A stretch of DNA of 64,000 nt from a virus. The notes below the pieces were generated by a model. That model saw only the letters and a list, made by a program, of their open reading frames with translations, was not told the DNA's origin and ran no database searches. The stretch's first letter is position 1. Every line of letters starts with the position of its first letter. Position numbers and translations under genes: made by a program. Location: positions 6,566 to 70,565 of IMG/VR virus record IMGVR_UViG_3300047478_000258; one strand, 5' to 3'. Positions 1 through 9,031 of the stretch are shown piece by piece.

Positions 1-13
1 TTTTGTTGTTCCA

Positions 14-1294
14 CTAAGCACTTCTGGGCGTTTGCTCTTCTTCATTTCTTTCCTCCAGATCACTAATATTGATATTTCTCTCATCACTTATAGAGATATT
101 GTCATCAAATCCTTCGATTTCATGGAAGTCAGCATTCCGCCAGTCCCACATAATGTTTGAATACCCACAAGCACCATTTCTGTTGGCTATAACTTCCAGT
201 TTCTTCATATCAGGTCTACCAGGGATGTCAAATAAAGCTAAAACAGTAGATGCTATCTGTCCTATTGCATCGGAATGATGGATATCCTCCGTAGTCCCTT
301 TACCCTTGGAGCCCTGCCTATTGAACTGGTAAGTCCCAACTATAGGAACATCGTGCTTGCCTGCTAAAATCTTGATTTGCGAGATAATCTCTGTAGCTTT
401 CTCCCATACAGGCATCTTTAGTGAACCAGGGATTCTAAGAAGATAAGCTCCATCTATGAAGACTATGTCGGGTTTGTGTAGTTGAATTAAGAATCCTAAG
501 TCACTTACCCCAGTCTTTAAGAACCCTTCTTGGAAGATATACTCGCTTTCCCTGGTTTTATCACTTACTAAGTCCTGCAGGTAAGATTGCTCTATATTGC
601 AGATCTCGCCTTTAAATAAGTGATAGGATGGAATTCTGGATATTAATGACATGACTCTTGTGAAATACTCTTCCTTACCCATCTCCATAGACATGACCAA
701 TACCTTCTTACCTGCTCTGAAGGCTGCTTCAGCCATATAAGCAAGGATCATAGTCTTGCCCATCTTCATCCTTGCTACCATGATATAGACGTTTTTCTTT
801 ACAAATCCATTAGTTAGGCTATTGATAGTAGGATACCCAGTAGGAATTCCTATCAGTCCAGCTTCTCCTCTTCTTAGAAGAATAGTCCCAAACAGCTCCT
901 CTAATGCCTCCCCTCTTGTAATAGTACTACTGCTTTCACTCATGAAATGAACCTCATGAGCCAGCTTGCTTATCTCTGCAGTAGCATTTGGGGTATCCCC
1001 TTTGAAGATAAACGCATTTATCTTGGAGATAGACCTCTCATATATGAGACTTAATCTCACTTTTGAGAACTCAGACTCCCAGAATTGAGATTCTCCTTCT
1101 GGAACATCCAGCTTAAATCTGGTAGCTACAAGACTGACAGGAGGAAGTTTACCCAGATCCCTGTAATACATCATACAGAATTCATAAGTTTCCTTTTCTG
1201 TTTCAGCATTCAGATAATTGGCATCTAAAGTGAGGAACTTTTCTGGTTTGTTTTCGATCAGATATGATAATATTAGATTATTTCCTACACTCAT
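14..1294 (-). CDS. dnaB: DnaB-like replicative helicase
   Basis: GIPTGY, Walker A ARMKMGKT, SMEM, VFIDGAYL, QFNR, SDAIGQ and NRNG motifs. Confidence 0.93.
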   Translation of the reverse strand: MSVGNNLILSYLIENKPEKFLTLDANYLNAETEKETYEFCMMYYRDLGKLPPVSLVATRFKLDVPEGESQFWESEFSKVRLSLIYERSISKINAFIFKGDTPNATAEISKLAHEVHFMSESSSTITRGEALEELFGTILLRRGEAGLIGIPTGYPTINSLTNGFVKKNVYIMVARMKMGKTMILAYMAEAAFRAGKKVLVMSMEMGKEEYFTRVMSLISRIPSYHLFKGEICNIEQSYLQDLVSDKTRESEYIFQEGFLKTGVSDLGFLIQLHKPDIVFIDGAYLLRIPGSLKMPVWEKATEIISQIKILAGKHDVPIVGTYQFNRQGSKGKGTTEDIHHSDAIGQIASTVLALFDIPGRPDMKKLEVIANRNGACGYSNIMWDWRNADFHEIEGFDDNISISDERNINISDLEERNEEEQTPRSA

Positions 1295-1305
1295 GGTCTC
1301 TCTCC

Positions 1306-1319
1306 TGAAAACGTTTTCA
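1306..1319. repeat. TGAAAACGTTTTCA palindrome 1
   Basis: Contains upstream stop; abuts dnaB RBS. Confidence 0.95.
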
Positions 1320-1802
1320 TATTTTTACTCTTCGCATACTCTCAGTTGGAGCAGGAATAGATAACTGTAATATCCCTCTGGAAAAATCAGATATAAGGTC
1401 TTTCCCATATACGTTTGTAAGACTCATATCACTTTGGGCTCCTATTACTACTTTGCACCCTGCTCTTACTAATTTATGAACTGTTGATTTAAGGAAGGAT
1501 ACTACAAATGGGTTGGACGGCATATCATAACAGGAAAAATATGTATTCTTCTGTGGGATTACTTTCTTTGTATCCACTATATCTGGGGTATACTCATAAC
1601 AAAACCCAAATTTTAGTGCCAATTCTCCTACAAATCTATCCTTTTCCAGATTATTTGGTCCCAATACTATCAAAATCTTTGCATTTTCCAGCAGACTTTC
1701 CAGCTTCACTACCTTTTCTTCCTCTGCCCAAGCTGATAAGTCTGTCTCTACAACGCCTCTTGGATAACCGAACTTCTCCAGTATTCCCTGTACTTGTGTC
1801 AT
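1317..1802 (-). CDS. Degenerate DnaC/IstB-like helicase-loader ATPase
   Basis: Directly upstream of DnaB; eroded P-loop IVLGPNNLEKD. Confidence 0.45.
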   Translation of the reverse strand: MTQVQGILEKFGYPRGVVETDLSAWAEEEKVVKLESLLENAKILIVLGPNNLEKDRFVGELALKFGFCYEYTPDIVDTKKVIPQKNTYFSCYDMPSNPFVVSFLKSTVHKLVRAGCKVVIGAQSDMSLTNVYGKDLISDFSRGILQLSIPAPTESMRRVKI

Positions 1803-1885
1803 TCTCTCTCCTTTCTGTATTTCTACTACATTTTATACACGCTTTGCCATGACCACTATTGCATCTGGCTTCTCCCCATTCACAT

Positions 1886-2236
1886 TTAGAGTTGTTCAAT
1901 AGTATCATCTTCCCGTACCTCCTCTAAGTTAAACGATTCTTTGTAAACTCTCGGAAATAAAGATAAATCAGGTATCTTCCTATTATGCATTTTTACATAG
2001 GAAAATGTCTGCCAACCTTGGATTACTCTCTCTACCATAAGATGGATATCCAATCCGTTAGCTCTGCAGATCTTCTTTACTATTGCAATATCTTTAGAAG
2101 AGGGAGGAACCCACTTGGAATATCCATAGTCTTTACAGAGCTCTATAAATTTGATAGCAATGGCATTTACTGTTACTACATCTGCTTTGATCTTACTGCG
2201 GTATAACCTTACTAAGTTATCTGGTATCACTTCCAT
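1886..2236 (-). CDS. Hypothetical protein in replication operon
   Basis: 116-aa ORF with AGGAGG RBS. Confidence 0.65.
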   Translation of the reverse strand: MEVIPDNLVRLYRSKIKADVVTVNAIAIKFIELCKDYGYSKWVPPSSKDIAIVKKICRANGLDIHLMVERVIQGWQTFSYVKMHNRKIPDLSLFPRVYKESFNLEEVREDDTIEQL

Positions 2237-2245
2237 CTCTCCTCC

Positions 2246-2274
2246 TTGACTTGTTAATAGTTAGTTGATAGTAT
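2246..2274 (+). promoter_or_regulatory. Possible antisense sigma70 promoter TTGACT-17-TAGTAT
   Basis: Same -35 hexamer and spacing as promoters at 14499, 18463 and 31960; overlaps a minus-strand RBS so may be chance. Confidence 0.3.
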
Positions 2275-2292
2275 ACATATATCTCTCTCCTT

Positions 2293-2325
2293 GGGGGACT
2301 AAATTATCAGTCCCCCTCCCTTTTT
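2293..2325. terminator. Hairpin GGGGGACT/AGTCCCCC followed by T-run on plus strand
   Basis: 8-bp perfect stem between ORFs. Confidence 0.5.
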
Positions 2326-2854
2326 AGACAATCATTCCATCTGAAGAAGCCATAATAGCAGCATTCTTAGTCTTCTGGACATAATTATCTATTGTCTTCT
2401 GCAGTTCTGCACGTTTAGCTACCTCTTCTTTATAATACACTTCCATCCTCATTACATGGACAGCACCAATAAGCTCAGTAGCAATAGCTTCAAACTCTAT
2501 CTTACTCTTACAAGCAAGAAGCCTCTTCTTATTTTCCCTGCCAATATATGCACTATACTTATCATCTTCTATGCGGAAAGAATTTCTTTCAATAGTTGCA
2601 TAGCGATTAAAATGCTTAATATCACTGTGACCCTTTAATACTTCACTGATGTAAAAATTAAGGTCTGCTATCTTGGAATTGATAGTAAGAAGAACCTCAT
2701 CTGTAATAATGCTCTTAATACGCTCTTCTTCCTTCCTCTCTCTTTCTAACCTTACGTCTGGTAATTCCTCTTTGCTGTCCCAATGTCTTACATTGTTTCT
2801 TACATAAGCTCTGTGGATATCAATCCACTCTCTATCTGGGTTAACTTTAGGCAT
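2324..2854 (-). CDS. Hypothetical protein (C-terminus SSDGMIV)
   Basis: 176-aa ORF, AAGGAG RBS. Confidence 0.7.
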   Translation of the reverse strand: MPKVNPDREWIDIHRAYVRNNVRHWDSKEELPDVRLERERKEEERIKSIITDEVLLTINSKIADLNFYISEVLKGHSDIKHFNRYATIERNSFRIEDDKYSAYIGRENKKRLLACKSKIEFEAIATELIGAVHVMRMEVYYKEEVAKRAELQKTIDNYVQKTKNAAIMASSDGMIV

Positions 2855-2893
2855 ATATCTCTCCTTTTTATTTTATTTACTGCCCCAAACTCC

Positions 2894-2907
2894 TGAAAAC
2901 GTTTTCA
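2894..2907. repeat. TGAAAACGTTTTCA palindrome 2
   Basis: Intergenic, inside TGCCCC...GGGGCA inverted repeat. Confidence 0.95.
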
Positions 2908-2925
2908 GAAGCAAGGGGCAACAAA

Positions 2926-3141
2926 TCAAACAGCTTTCATTGCTATTGCTTTGATCTCTTCCAACTGCTCTGCAGTAAATAACTCATCATTTTCAACAGT
3001 TATCTCTGAAGACCATGAACCTGAGTTATCATCATACATATCAGATATGTTAACTTCTACCTCTGCTCCGTCTACTAGCAGGGCTACCCAATAGTAATTA
3101 GTAAGCCCTGTCTGTTGTACACAATCTACTACAATATTCAT
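2926..3141 (-). CDS. Hypothetical acidic protein
   Basis: 71-aa ORF, AGGAGGATGAGATG start. Confidence 0.65.
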   Translation of the reverse strand: MNIVVDCVQQTGLTNYYWVALLVDGAEVEVNISDMYDDNSGSWSSEITVENDELFTAEQLEEIKAIAMKAV

Positions 3142-3569
3142 CTCATCCTCCTTATTTCCATATTAGATATAAACCTGATAAGAGAACTGCTAACAAGGAA
3201 CAGAAGAAGATTACTAAAGCTACAGTGACAAGTTTAATATAGCTTTTAGCATCTGGGTGCAAAATTACAGGTAGTGACATTACTAAAAATATGAATGCTG
3301 TGATTATTATCTTGAATTCTATAATCATCTCAATCCTCCTTTAGTTATTTACAGGGTGAGGCAGAGCGGGATACCAACATGCGTTTATGTATCCTTCCTT
3401 ATGTTACCCTTCGGCACGTAGTTACTCTGCTTCTAATATTTCTCCTAATTGTTTTTGATAATAATCTTCGTTGATAGACCATCCCCATCCTTTCATCATC
3501 ATCAAAAGGCATTCTTTACATACTCTTGGGTCTGGTATGCCATCTTTAATGATAGATTGACATAATTCT

Positions 3570-3926
3570 TTATTCTCTCCACATCTTGCACAGGTCATTT
3601 TTCTCCTTTATAATCCTTGCCAGTTCTGTAGAGACAAGCAAGGGGATTTGGTCAGTGTTGTTCTTAAAAGTTATCTGATTACATATTAATAAATCTCCTA
3701 CATCATCAAGTATTTTTTTAGCTATATCTCTTAACCTTCCAAACTCTGACCATTGAGAGAAGTCGGGGTTTTGATTTGTAATACTTTCTACATTATCCCA
3801 ATGAGTTTCTATTCCGCACTTATTGCAGATAGACCAATCATTCAGATTAACTTCATGCCAGCACCCGCCCTCTTCATCAAGAAGTATCTTTCCTATGCGT
3901 TCAAGTTCTGGTGTCATGTATTTCAC
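3570..3926 (-). CDS. Hypothetical accessory protein (Cys/His N-terminus)
   Basis: 118-aa ORF in micro-gene cluster. Confidence 0.6.
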   Translation of the reverse strand: MKYMTPELERIGKILLDEEGGCWHEVNLNDWSICNKCGIETHWDNVESITNQNPDFSQWSEFGRLRDIAKKILDDVGDLLICNQITFKNNTDQIPLLVSTELARIIKEKNDLCKMWRE

Positions 3927-4162
3927 CCCATTTCTTTTCCACGTAATCCCATGCCCATGATTGAGCAGGAGGTAGTCTATGCAACTTACAATAATTCATC
4001 TTCCATAGCCATTTCTCAAGTTCTGGTGTCAACATTAATCCTCCTTTCTCTTTTTCATGCTCATATCCTTGAAATACTCGGTATATAGCTTGAAATTAAG
4101 ACCAAGAACTATCATGTTAGCGATAAGAAAAAGTATATTAGATAGTATTTCCAATTCTCTTG

Positions 4163-4411
4163 TCATCTCAATCCCATGTTTCTTACTATTGCCTTGGCAA
4201 TGGTGATTGGAATATCGCTTTGAATCTGAGCTTTTGGATTTTCTTTTTGCCATGCTTCAAACTCTGCATCACGACAGGCTTTTACTGGTCTAATTTTAAC
4301 TCCATTTCTACGTTTAGTAGAAAGCGGGCAAATAAGCTTTCCATAAAGAACTCTACTTAAATCGCACTCCCAACATTCTTTATCAGGAACTTCTACTATT
4401 ATCTTTCTCAT
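4163..4411 (-). CDS. Cys-rich hypothetical protein
   Basis: MRKIIVEV start after AGGAGG; CWEC...C...C. Confidence 0.55.
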   Translation of the reverse strand: MRKIIVEVPDKECWECDLSRVLYGKLICPLSTKRRNGVKIRPVKACRDAEFEAWQKENPKAQIQSDIPITIAKAIVRNMGLR

Positions 4412-4676
4412 ATCCCTCCTCCTTATTCCTTTTTCCCTTATGGACAATATAGACAGCTCCATCCTCATGCTTCATTACATATTCCTCTTTCCAAACATCA
4501 AGGCCATGGATGTCTGACATCTCTTTCCACCAGTCCTGTTCCTGTTTGATGAGTTCATTCTTTCTGTTCGTTGCGTAGTTGATAGCGATATTCAAAACTT
4601 CTTGAATAGCCCTCTTATCTCTGGCTAATTCATCCATCCACTGAATCTGCTTTGCTGATAGTTTTATTCTTTCCAT
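4383..4676 (-). CDS. Hypothetical protein
   Basis: 97-aa ORF, AGGAGGATCAAGATG start. Confidence 0.65.
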   Translation of the reverse strand: MERIKLSAKQIQWMDELARDKRAIQEVLNIAINYATNRKNELIKQEQDWWKEMSDIHGLDVWKEEYVMKHEDGAVYIVHKGKRNKEEGYEKDNSRSS

Positions 4677-4688
4677 CTTGATCCTCCT

Positions 4689-4919
4689 TTATCCTACATA
4701 CTTCAAGGCTACTATCCCTGCCAGACAGAAAATGCCAACAGCAATGGTATATAAAGCAATAATAATCTGTTGTACTTGTTCTTTTGTCATTTTACTCCTC
4801 CTAAGATCTTCAGGAAGCATGGTTACCTTATAATTACACGACTTGCTATGACATAGTGGTAATATGTCTTGTTCTTCACCTGCTCCTGTTTGACCACATT
4901 TAGGGCATTTGTATCTCAT
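4689..4919 (-). CDS. Zn-ribbon plus membrane peptide (possibly two fused micro-genes)
   Basis: CPKC...CxxxxC, then internal AGGAG/ATG before a hydrophobic helix. Confidence 0.5.
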   Translation of the reverse strand: MRYKCPKCGQTGAGEEQDILPLCHSKSCNYKVTMLPEDLRRSKMTKEQVQQIIIALYTIAVGIFCLAGIVALKYVG

Positions 4920-4920
4920 C

Positions 4921-5106
4921 TCACTCCTCCTCTTTTATATTACAAGGATTTCCACATTTGGAACACACATAATATTTAGTAGTATTGCCCTCAACTAATA
5001 CTTTTACGTTGCAACAGGTAGATACTGTCATCTCAATCCTCCCCAGTCCATCTACCTCTTCTATTTCATTGCAATTCTTGCAAATCTGCTGTCTTTCATC
5101 ACTCAT
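4921..5106 (-). CDS. Zn-finger micro-protein
   Basis: STCC...CSKCGNPC; second start cassette at 5031. Confidence 0.55.
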   Translation of the reverse strand: MSDERQQICKNCNEIEEVDGLGRIEMTVSTCCNVKVLVEGNTTKYYVCSKCGNPCNIKEEE

Positions 5107-5134
5107 CTCAATCCTCCTTTATCCGGTTCATATG

Positions 5135-5305
5135 TCATCTCGAATATGCCTTTACTAGCTTGTAGCCCAATCTGTCTGCTACATACTGCAAATTGGCTAC
5201 TTTCATTTTTGGCGTAGAATTATCAAGAGCATACACCAAAACATACAATGCCTTTATGTCTGGGTCAGTTACCTTTTTGCCATTAGTGTTTATTTCTATT
5301 CTCAT
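5135..5305 (-). CDS. Hypothetical 56-aa protein (MRIEINTNG...)
   Basis: Translated by hand; AAGGAG RBS. Confidence 0.55.
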   Translation of the reverse strand: MRIEINTNGKKVTDPDIKALYVLVYALDNSTPKMKVANLQYVADRLGYKLVKAYSR

Positions 5306-5314
5306 ATTCTCCTT

Positions 5315-5896
5315 TCACTCCTCCCTTATCCTTATTCCACATGTGCCACGTTTCAAGACCTCAGACTCCAACTTGTCCCACTTCTCTGCCTTCTCTTTCC
5401 ATCCTCGCATCACATTGAGATGGTCTTCATAGTCGTCAGAGTCTATTCCTGTCAAACTATAAAAATCATCAAGGCTTGTGCAGTCATAAAGCGTTGCTTT
5501 TCTTTTCCACTCCATGACAGTATCAACCCCCAAATTCATCGCCTGTATCGTTACTGCATCAGCTTGAATGTCATGGAGCTTCTTTTTGAGTTCTTTGTTT
5601 TCATGGAATAGCGTGTTGTTTTCCAATACTAAATTCAACCTTTCTTCTTTGAGTTTTTCTTTCTCTTTTTGGCACTCAACAAGATGTGTTGCATGGACAT
5701 CACCCTGATAAATAGCAAGCTGTGCTACCTGAAAGTTCTTTTCAGCACCCCTGTTGGCCTGCCTGAGATAGTTTTTATACATCTTGAGCTTCTCTTTGAG
5801 TGTTTGAATAATCTTAATATCCTCCATGATGCAGGCTTCAAGGGAAGCGATCTTCATTGTTAACCGTTCAAGCTCACTCATTTCACTCCTTTCCAC
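5315..5896 (-). CDS. Coiled-coil hypothetical protein
   Basis: Heptad-rich 193-aa ORF (start may be 5881). Confidence 0.65.
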   Translation of the reverse strand: MERSEMSELERLTMKIASLEACIMEDIKIIQTLKEKLKMYKNYLRQANRGAEKNFQVAQLAIYQGDVHATHLVECQKEKEKLKEERLNLVLENNTLFHENKELKKKLHDIQADAVTIQAMNLGVDTVMEWKRKATLYDCTSLDDFYSLTGIDSDDYEDHLNVMRGWKEKAEKWDKLESEVLKRGTCGIRIREE

Positions 5897-5994
5897 AATG
5901 CAAAAAGTATGGCTGTTCCATAAAACATAGATACAACTCCGATGAATTGAAAAAGTAATCCTACTATAAGTAGGGCGATACGTTCAGTGCTCAT
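5878..5994 (-). CDS. Small membrane protein (MSTERIALL...)
   Basis: AGGAGGATTGAGATG start; one hydrophobic helix. Confidence 0.55.
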   Translation of the reverse strand: MSTERIALLIVGLLFQFIGVVSMFYGTAILFALWKGVK

Positions 5995-6046
5995 CTCAAT
6001 CCTCCTTAGTTTATCCTCAAGAGATAAACTCGCTAAACTTTGTATA

Positions 6047-6227
6047 ATTGCAGGGAGTCGGGAGTTTAGGTCACTCGATTTACCCAGCGTGTTGTAGTCC
6101 ACTGGTATACCCTTAATGCTCCCTATCCCTGCTTCCCACGGCTCGGCTCTTTTCGCTCCCTTAACCGATAGTTGTAAGAAGACACCGTGGTTTCCACCTA
6201 CTTCAATGCTTCGGTGGATTACTTATG
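6047..6227 (-). ncRNA. Candidate structured RNA element, copy 1
   Basis: Conserved blocks shared with 6402-6600; stems CCACGG/CCGTGG, TCGG/CCGA and GCAGGGA/TCCCTGC. Confidence 0.55.
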
Positions 6228-6381
6228 ACCAAACAGACAATTCAAAGCCTTTCTCCTTGTCATTCTCAATGGAAAACAGGGAGAAATCCTTTCCGTCTGT
6301 AAAGTTCTGAATCTCACAAAGACTCATCCTCCAGCCCTGACTATGTTTGTAAATTTTTAATAGATAAAATTCAAATTCCAT
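6223..6381 (-). CDS. 52-aa protein between the two RNA-like elements (MEFEFYLL...)
   Basis: Translated by hand; AGGAGGAGTGAGATG start. Confidence 0.6.
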   Translation of the reverse strand: MEFEFYLLKIYKHSQGWRMSLCEIQNFTDGKDFSLFSIENDKEKGFELSVWS

Positions 6382-6401
6382 CTCACTCCTCCTTTTAGTT
6401 T

Positions 6402-6600
6402 ATTGCAGGGAGTCGGGGTAAGCGTTTTGGATTGCCTTTCAGCGTAACTTTCCATTTGCATCTCCCGAATTTCGTTCTCCCTGCTTCCCACGGCTCGGTA
6501 AGTTTCGCCACTATTGGCCCGATAGTCAAACAAAGGGACACCGTGGGTTTTTTGCGTGAGGGATGATCTACCCACAACACGCAAACTTCACTTACTTATG
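6402..6600 (-). ncRNA. Candidate structured RNA element, copy 2
   Basis: Same block order and pairings as copy 1 with different loop sequences. Confidence 0.55.
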
Positions 6601-6774
6601 ACATTTTATACAGAAACTACTGGTAAAAAACCTATTATGAGACTTATAAATTAGATCATCTTTGTCTGTCTGATTATGCTCATAATAAATAAAAAGACCA
6701 AGAATTCCTACCAATATTCCTGATAAGAATATAGATAGGAAGAATATAGCTACTGAAAACGTTTTCAGTGCCAT
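6592..6774 (-). CDS. Small membrane protein with C-terminal CxxCH
   Basis: N-terminal TM helix; ends CIKCHK. Confidence 0.5.
   Translation of the reverse strand: MALKTFSVAIFFLSIFLSGILVGILGLFIYYEHNQTDKDDLIYKSHNRFFTSSFCIKCHK
6754..6767. repeat. TGAAAACGTTTTCA palindrome 3
   Basis: Intragenic (LKTFS). Confidence 0.95.
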
Positions 6775-6934
6775 GTGCTTTTACCTAAGATATAACGAAG
6801 GGTATTCATAGAGATTTGAACTATTCTGCAGAATTCTGTATCTGAGATAGGATCTCTTGCTTCTTTAGCTTTGTTATATCTCTTAAGTATGGAAGCCTTT
6901 AACTCTTCTGACATCTTAGCTCCTCTTCCCATAA

Positions 6935-7360
6935 CTAATTCCAGGATTGGGAAGGAGGAACATTGAGCTTCTCATCAAACTCAGCTTCCGCCTGTTTAGG
7001 GTCTTTAACTTCCCCTGTCTTGAGATTAAAGCCCTCTTCTTCAAGGACTTTCTCTATCTTGGTTATTACTCTCTTCATCCTTGGAGCTTCCTTAATGGCA
7101 GACTCAATATCTTCTTTTACTGCCTTAGTCATGCTATCTCCTACCATCTTGGCGAAGTCTTCAATAGAAGTTTCTGGCTTCTTATCTTCTGTGTAGCCAG
7201 ACATATAGGCAGCAGCAGTCATATTGATGAACTCTGAGCCTATTGCAGACCCAGCTTCTACTATTTTGCCCTCATGAAGAAGATTCATTACCTTATTGAA
7301 CAGTTTCTGGTAATGAAGCTCCATCATCTTCAGATAGTTTATATCTTTGGGATTAAACAT
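6935..7360 (-). CDS. Hypothetical protein
   Basis: 141-aa ORF coupled to the AAA gene. Confidence 0.7.
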   Translation of the reverse strand: MFNPKDINYLKMMELHYQKLFNKVMNLLHEGKIVEAGSAIGSEFINMTAAAYMSGYTEDKKPETSIEDFAKMVGDSMTKAVKEDIESAIKEAPRMKRVITKIEKVLEEEGFNLKTGEVKDPKQAEAEFDEKLNVPPSQSWN

Positions 7361-8985
7361 CTATCCTCCTTTGCCTTGGGCTTATCATCGGTTATAATAG
7401 AGTCCTCAGTCTGCTTATACCATGCAGGGTGATTATTCTCTGTATAGTTAGCAATACGAGCTCTTCCCTTTGCCCATTGTCTGAGAGCTGTAATCTCCTT
7501 TTCTTTAGTCTTAGACAAAAGAGGCGTATTACTGACCGCTTCCAGTATATGTTCTGTAGTATACTCTACCTTCTCAGGAAATGCCTTATACATGGCATCC
7601 TTGATAAAGCCTTCTATCTCAGCACCAGTGCAACCCTCAGTCTTCCTGACTATTGCAGCCAGATCAAACTTCTCTGGGTCTCTCTTAGTCTTCTTGATAT
7701 GAATCTTGAGAATAGAGAGCCTTTCTTCATCTGTAGGAAGATCAAAGAACCACAGAGAATCTATCCTGCCTTTCCTCATTAACTCAGGAGGAAGCTTAGA
7801 TATATCATTTGCAGTGAAGATGAAGAAGCTATCTGACTTCTTCTCCTGCAGATACTCAAGCAATCTGCCCATAAGCCTTGAAGTAACACCAGCATCAGAC
7901 TGACCAGAGCTCTCTGTTCCTGATAATGCCTTCTCTACCTCATCCACAAGGATAATGCATGGAGAAACACTATCAATCTGCTTAAAGAACATGGCAGTAT
8001 TCTTCTCAGTCTCACCTACTAATGAACCAAACAGCTTGCCAATATCTGCTCTGAATAATGGGATACCAAAGATATTGGATAGAATCTTTGCAGTAAGAGA
8101 CTTACCTGTTCCAGATATACCTGTAACAAGCATACCTTTTGAGGATTTAAGACCATACTTCTTGGCTTCTTCCATATTATGATAGACATAAGCCAGATCA
8201 TTGAGATACTGCTTAAGGTTCTCAATACCACCAAGATCTTCTACTGTATACTCAGAAGGTTCATATTCAAGGAAACCCAGCTTCTTAACTGCCCTGGATT
8301 TCTCTTTCTGTATAACTTTAGGACTTATTTCTTTGCCCTTAGACTCTACTATTGCTACTCTGAAAGCATTCTCTGCCTCATACTTAGTCATACCAGAAGC
8401 AGCATCCACTATCTCTTTCTTCTCTTTAACAGACAGCTCCTTCTTCTTCTTTGCAAGAACAGAGGAGAACTTGTTCACTATTGTAAGAAGCTCCTCTTTA
8501 TCAGGTAGAGCAAAGTCTACTGTCATGAACAGATGTGATATATCAACAGGAATACAGGAAGACATACCTACAAACAGGATATGCCTATGTGGAGCTCTCT
8601 CATGAGCAAACTTCTTGATATACTCATAGATCATGGGCTTCATCATCTGGTCATCCCAATGATGATAGAAGGAATCCATGACATAGATACAGGCAGGGCA
8701 TTCCTTTCTATCCTTTTCGTCCAACAGAAATTGCATAGCTTTAACTGGGTCTTCTGAACCTTTATATAGGCTCTTACCGCCATCCATCCAACCATCAATC
8801 GCATTCCATGTTCTGACATTATAGCCATAAGTCTTGAGGACTTCATTAGCATTGGAATCTTTAAGTTCCTTGTTCCAATCTGAAATGATAGCTACAACAT
8901 CATCTATGACTCTTGCAGTTTCGACTGATGGTATTGCCATAACTGGGAATCCAGCTTTGATGTAGTTGACTAATTGTTCTTTCAT
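7339..8985 (-). CDS. Ycf46-like AAA+ ATPase
   Basis: Walker A GISGTGKS, Walker B ILVDEVEK, TAN, PPELMRKGRID; degenerate N-terminal AAA domain. Confidence 0.92.
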   Translation of the reverse strand: MKEQLVNYIKAGFPVMAIPSVETARVIDDVVAIISDWNKELKDSNANEVLKTYGYNVRTWNAIDGWMDGGKSLYKGSEDPVKAMQFLLDEKDRKECPACIYVMDSFYHHWDDQMMKPMIYEYIKKFAHERAPHRHILFVGMSSCIPVDISHLFMTVDFALPDKEELLTIVNKFSSVLAKKKKELSVKEKKEIVDAASGMTKYEAENAFRVAIVESKGKEISPKVIQKEKSRAVKKLGFLEYEPSEYTVEDLGGIENLKQYLNDLAYVYHNMEEAKKYGLKSSKGMLVTGISGTGKSLTAKILSNIFGIPLFRADIGKLFGSLVGETEKNTAMFFKQIDSVSPCIILVDEVEKALSGTESSGQSDAGVTSRLMGRLLEYLQEKKSDSFFIFTANDISKLPPELMRKGRIDSLWFFDLPTDEERLSILKIHIKKTKRDPEKFDLAAIVRKTEGCTGAEIEGFIKDAMYKAFPEKVEYTTEHILEAVSNTPLLSKTKEKEITALRQWAKGRARIANYTENNHPAWYKQTEDSIITDDKPKAKEDRCLIPKI

Positions 8986-9017
8986 CTCTTCTCCTTGACT
9001 ATTAGGGTTTATACGAC

Positions 9018-9031
9018 TGAAAACGTTTTCA
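9018..9031. repeat. TGAAAACGTTTTCA palindrome 4
   Basis: Contains MazG stop; upstream of AAA gene. Confidence 0.95.

Noticed and set aside
6116-6584. ORF-track ORFs overlapping the duplicated element
   Set aside because: No RBS and atypical composition; conservation between copies follows base-pairing, not codons
6047-6600. Hammerhead ribozyme, tRNA or group II intron domain V
   Set aside because: GAAA and GAGCCG are present but the CUGANGA core, cloverleaf and full domain V stem are missing
8995-9023. TTGACT as a plus-strand promoter
   Set aside because: No -10 box at 17 bp; it adjoins the minus-strand RBS of the AAA gene
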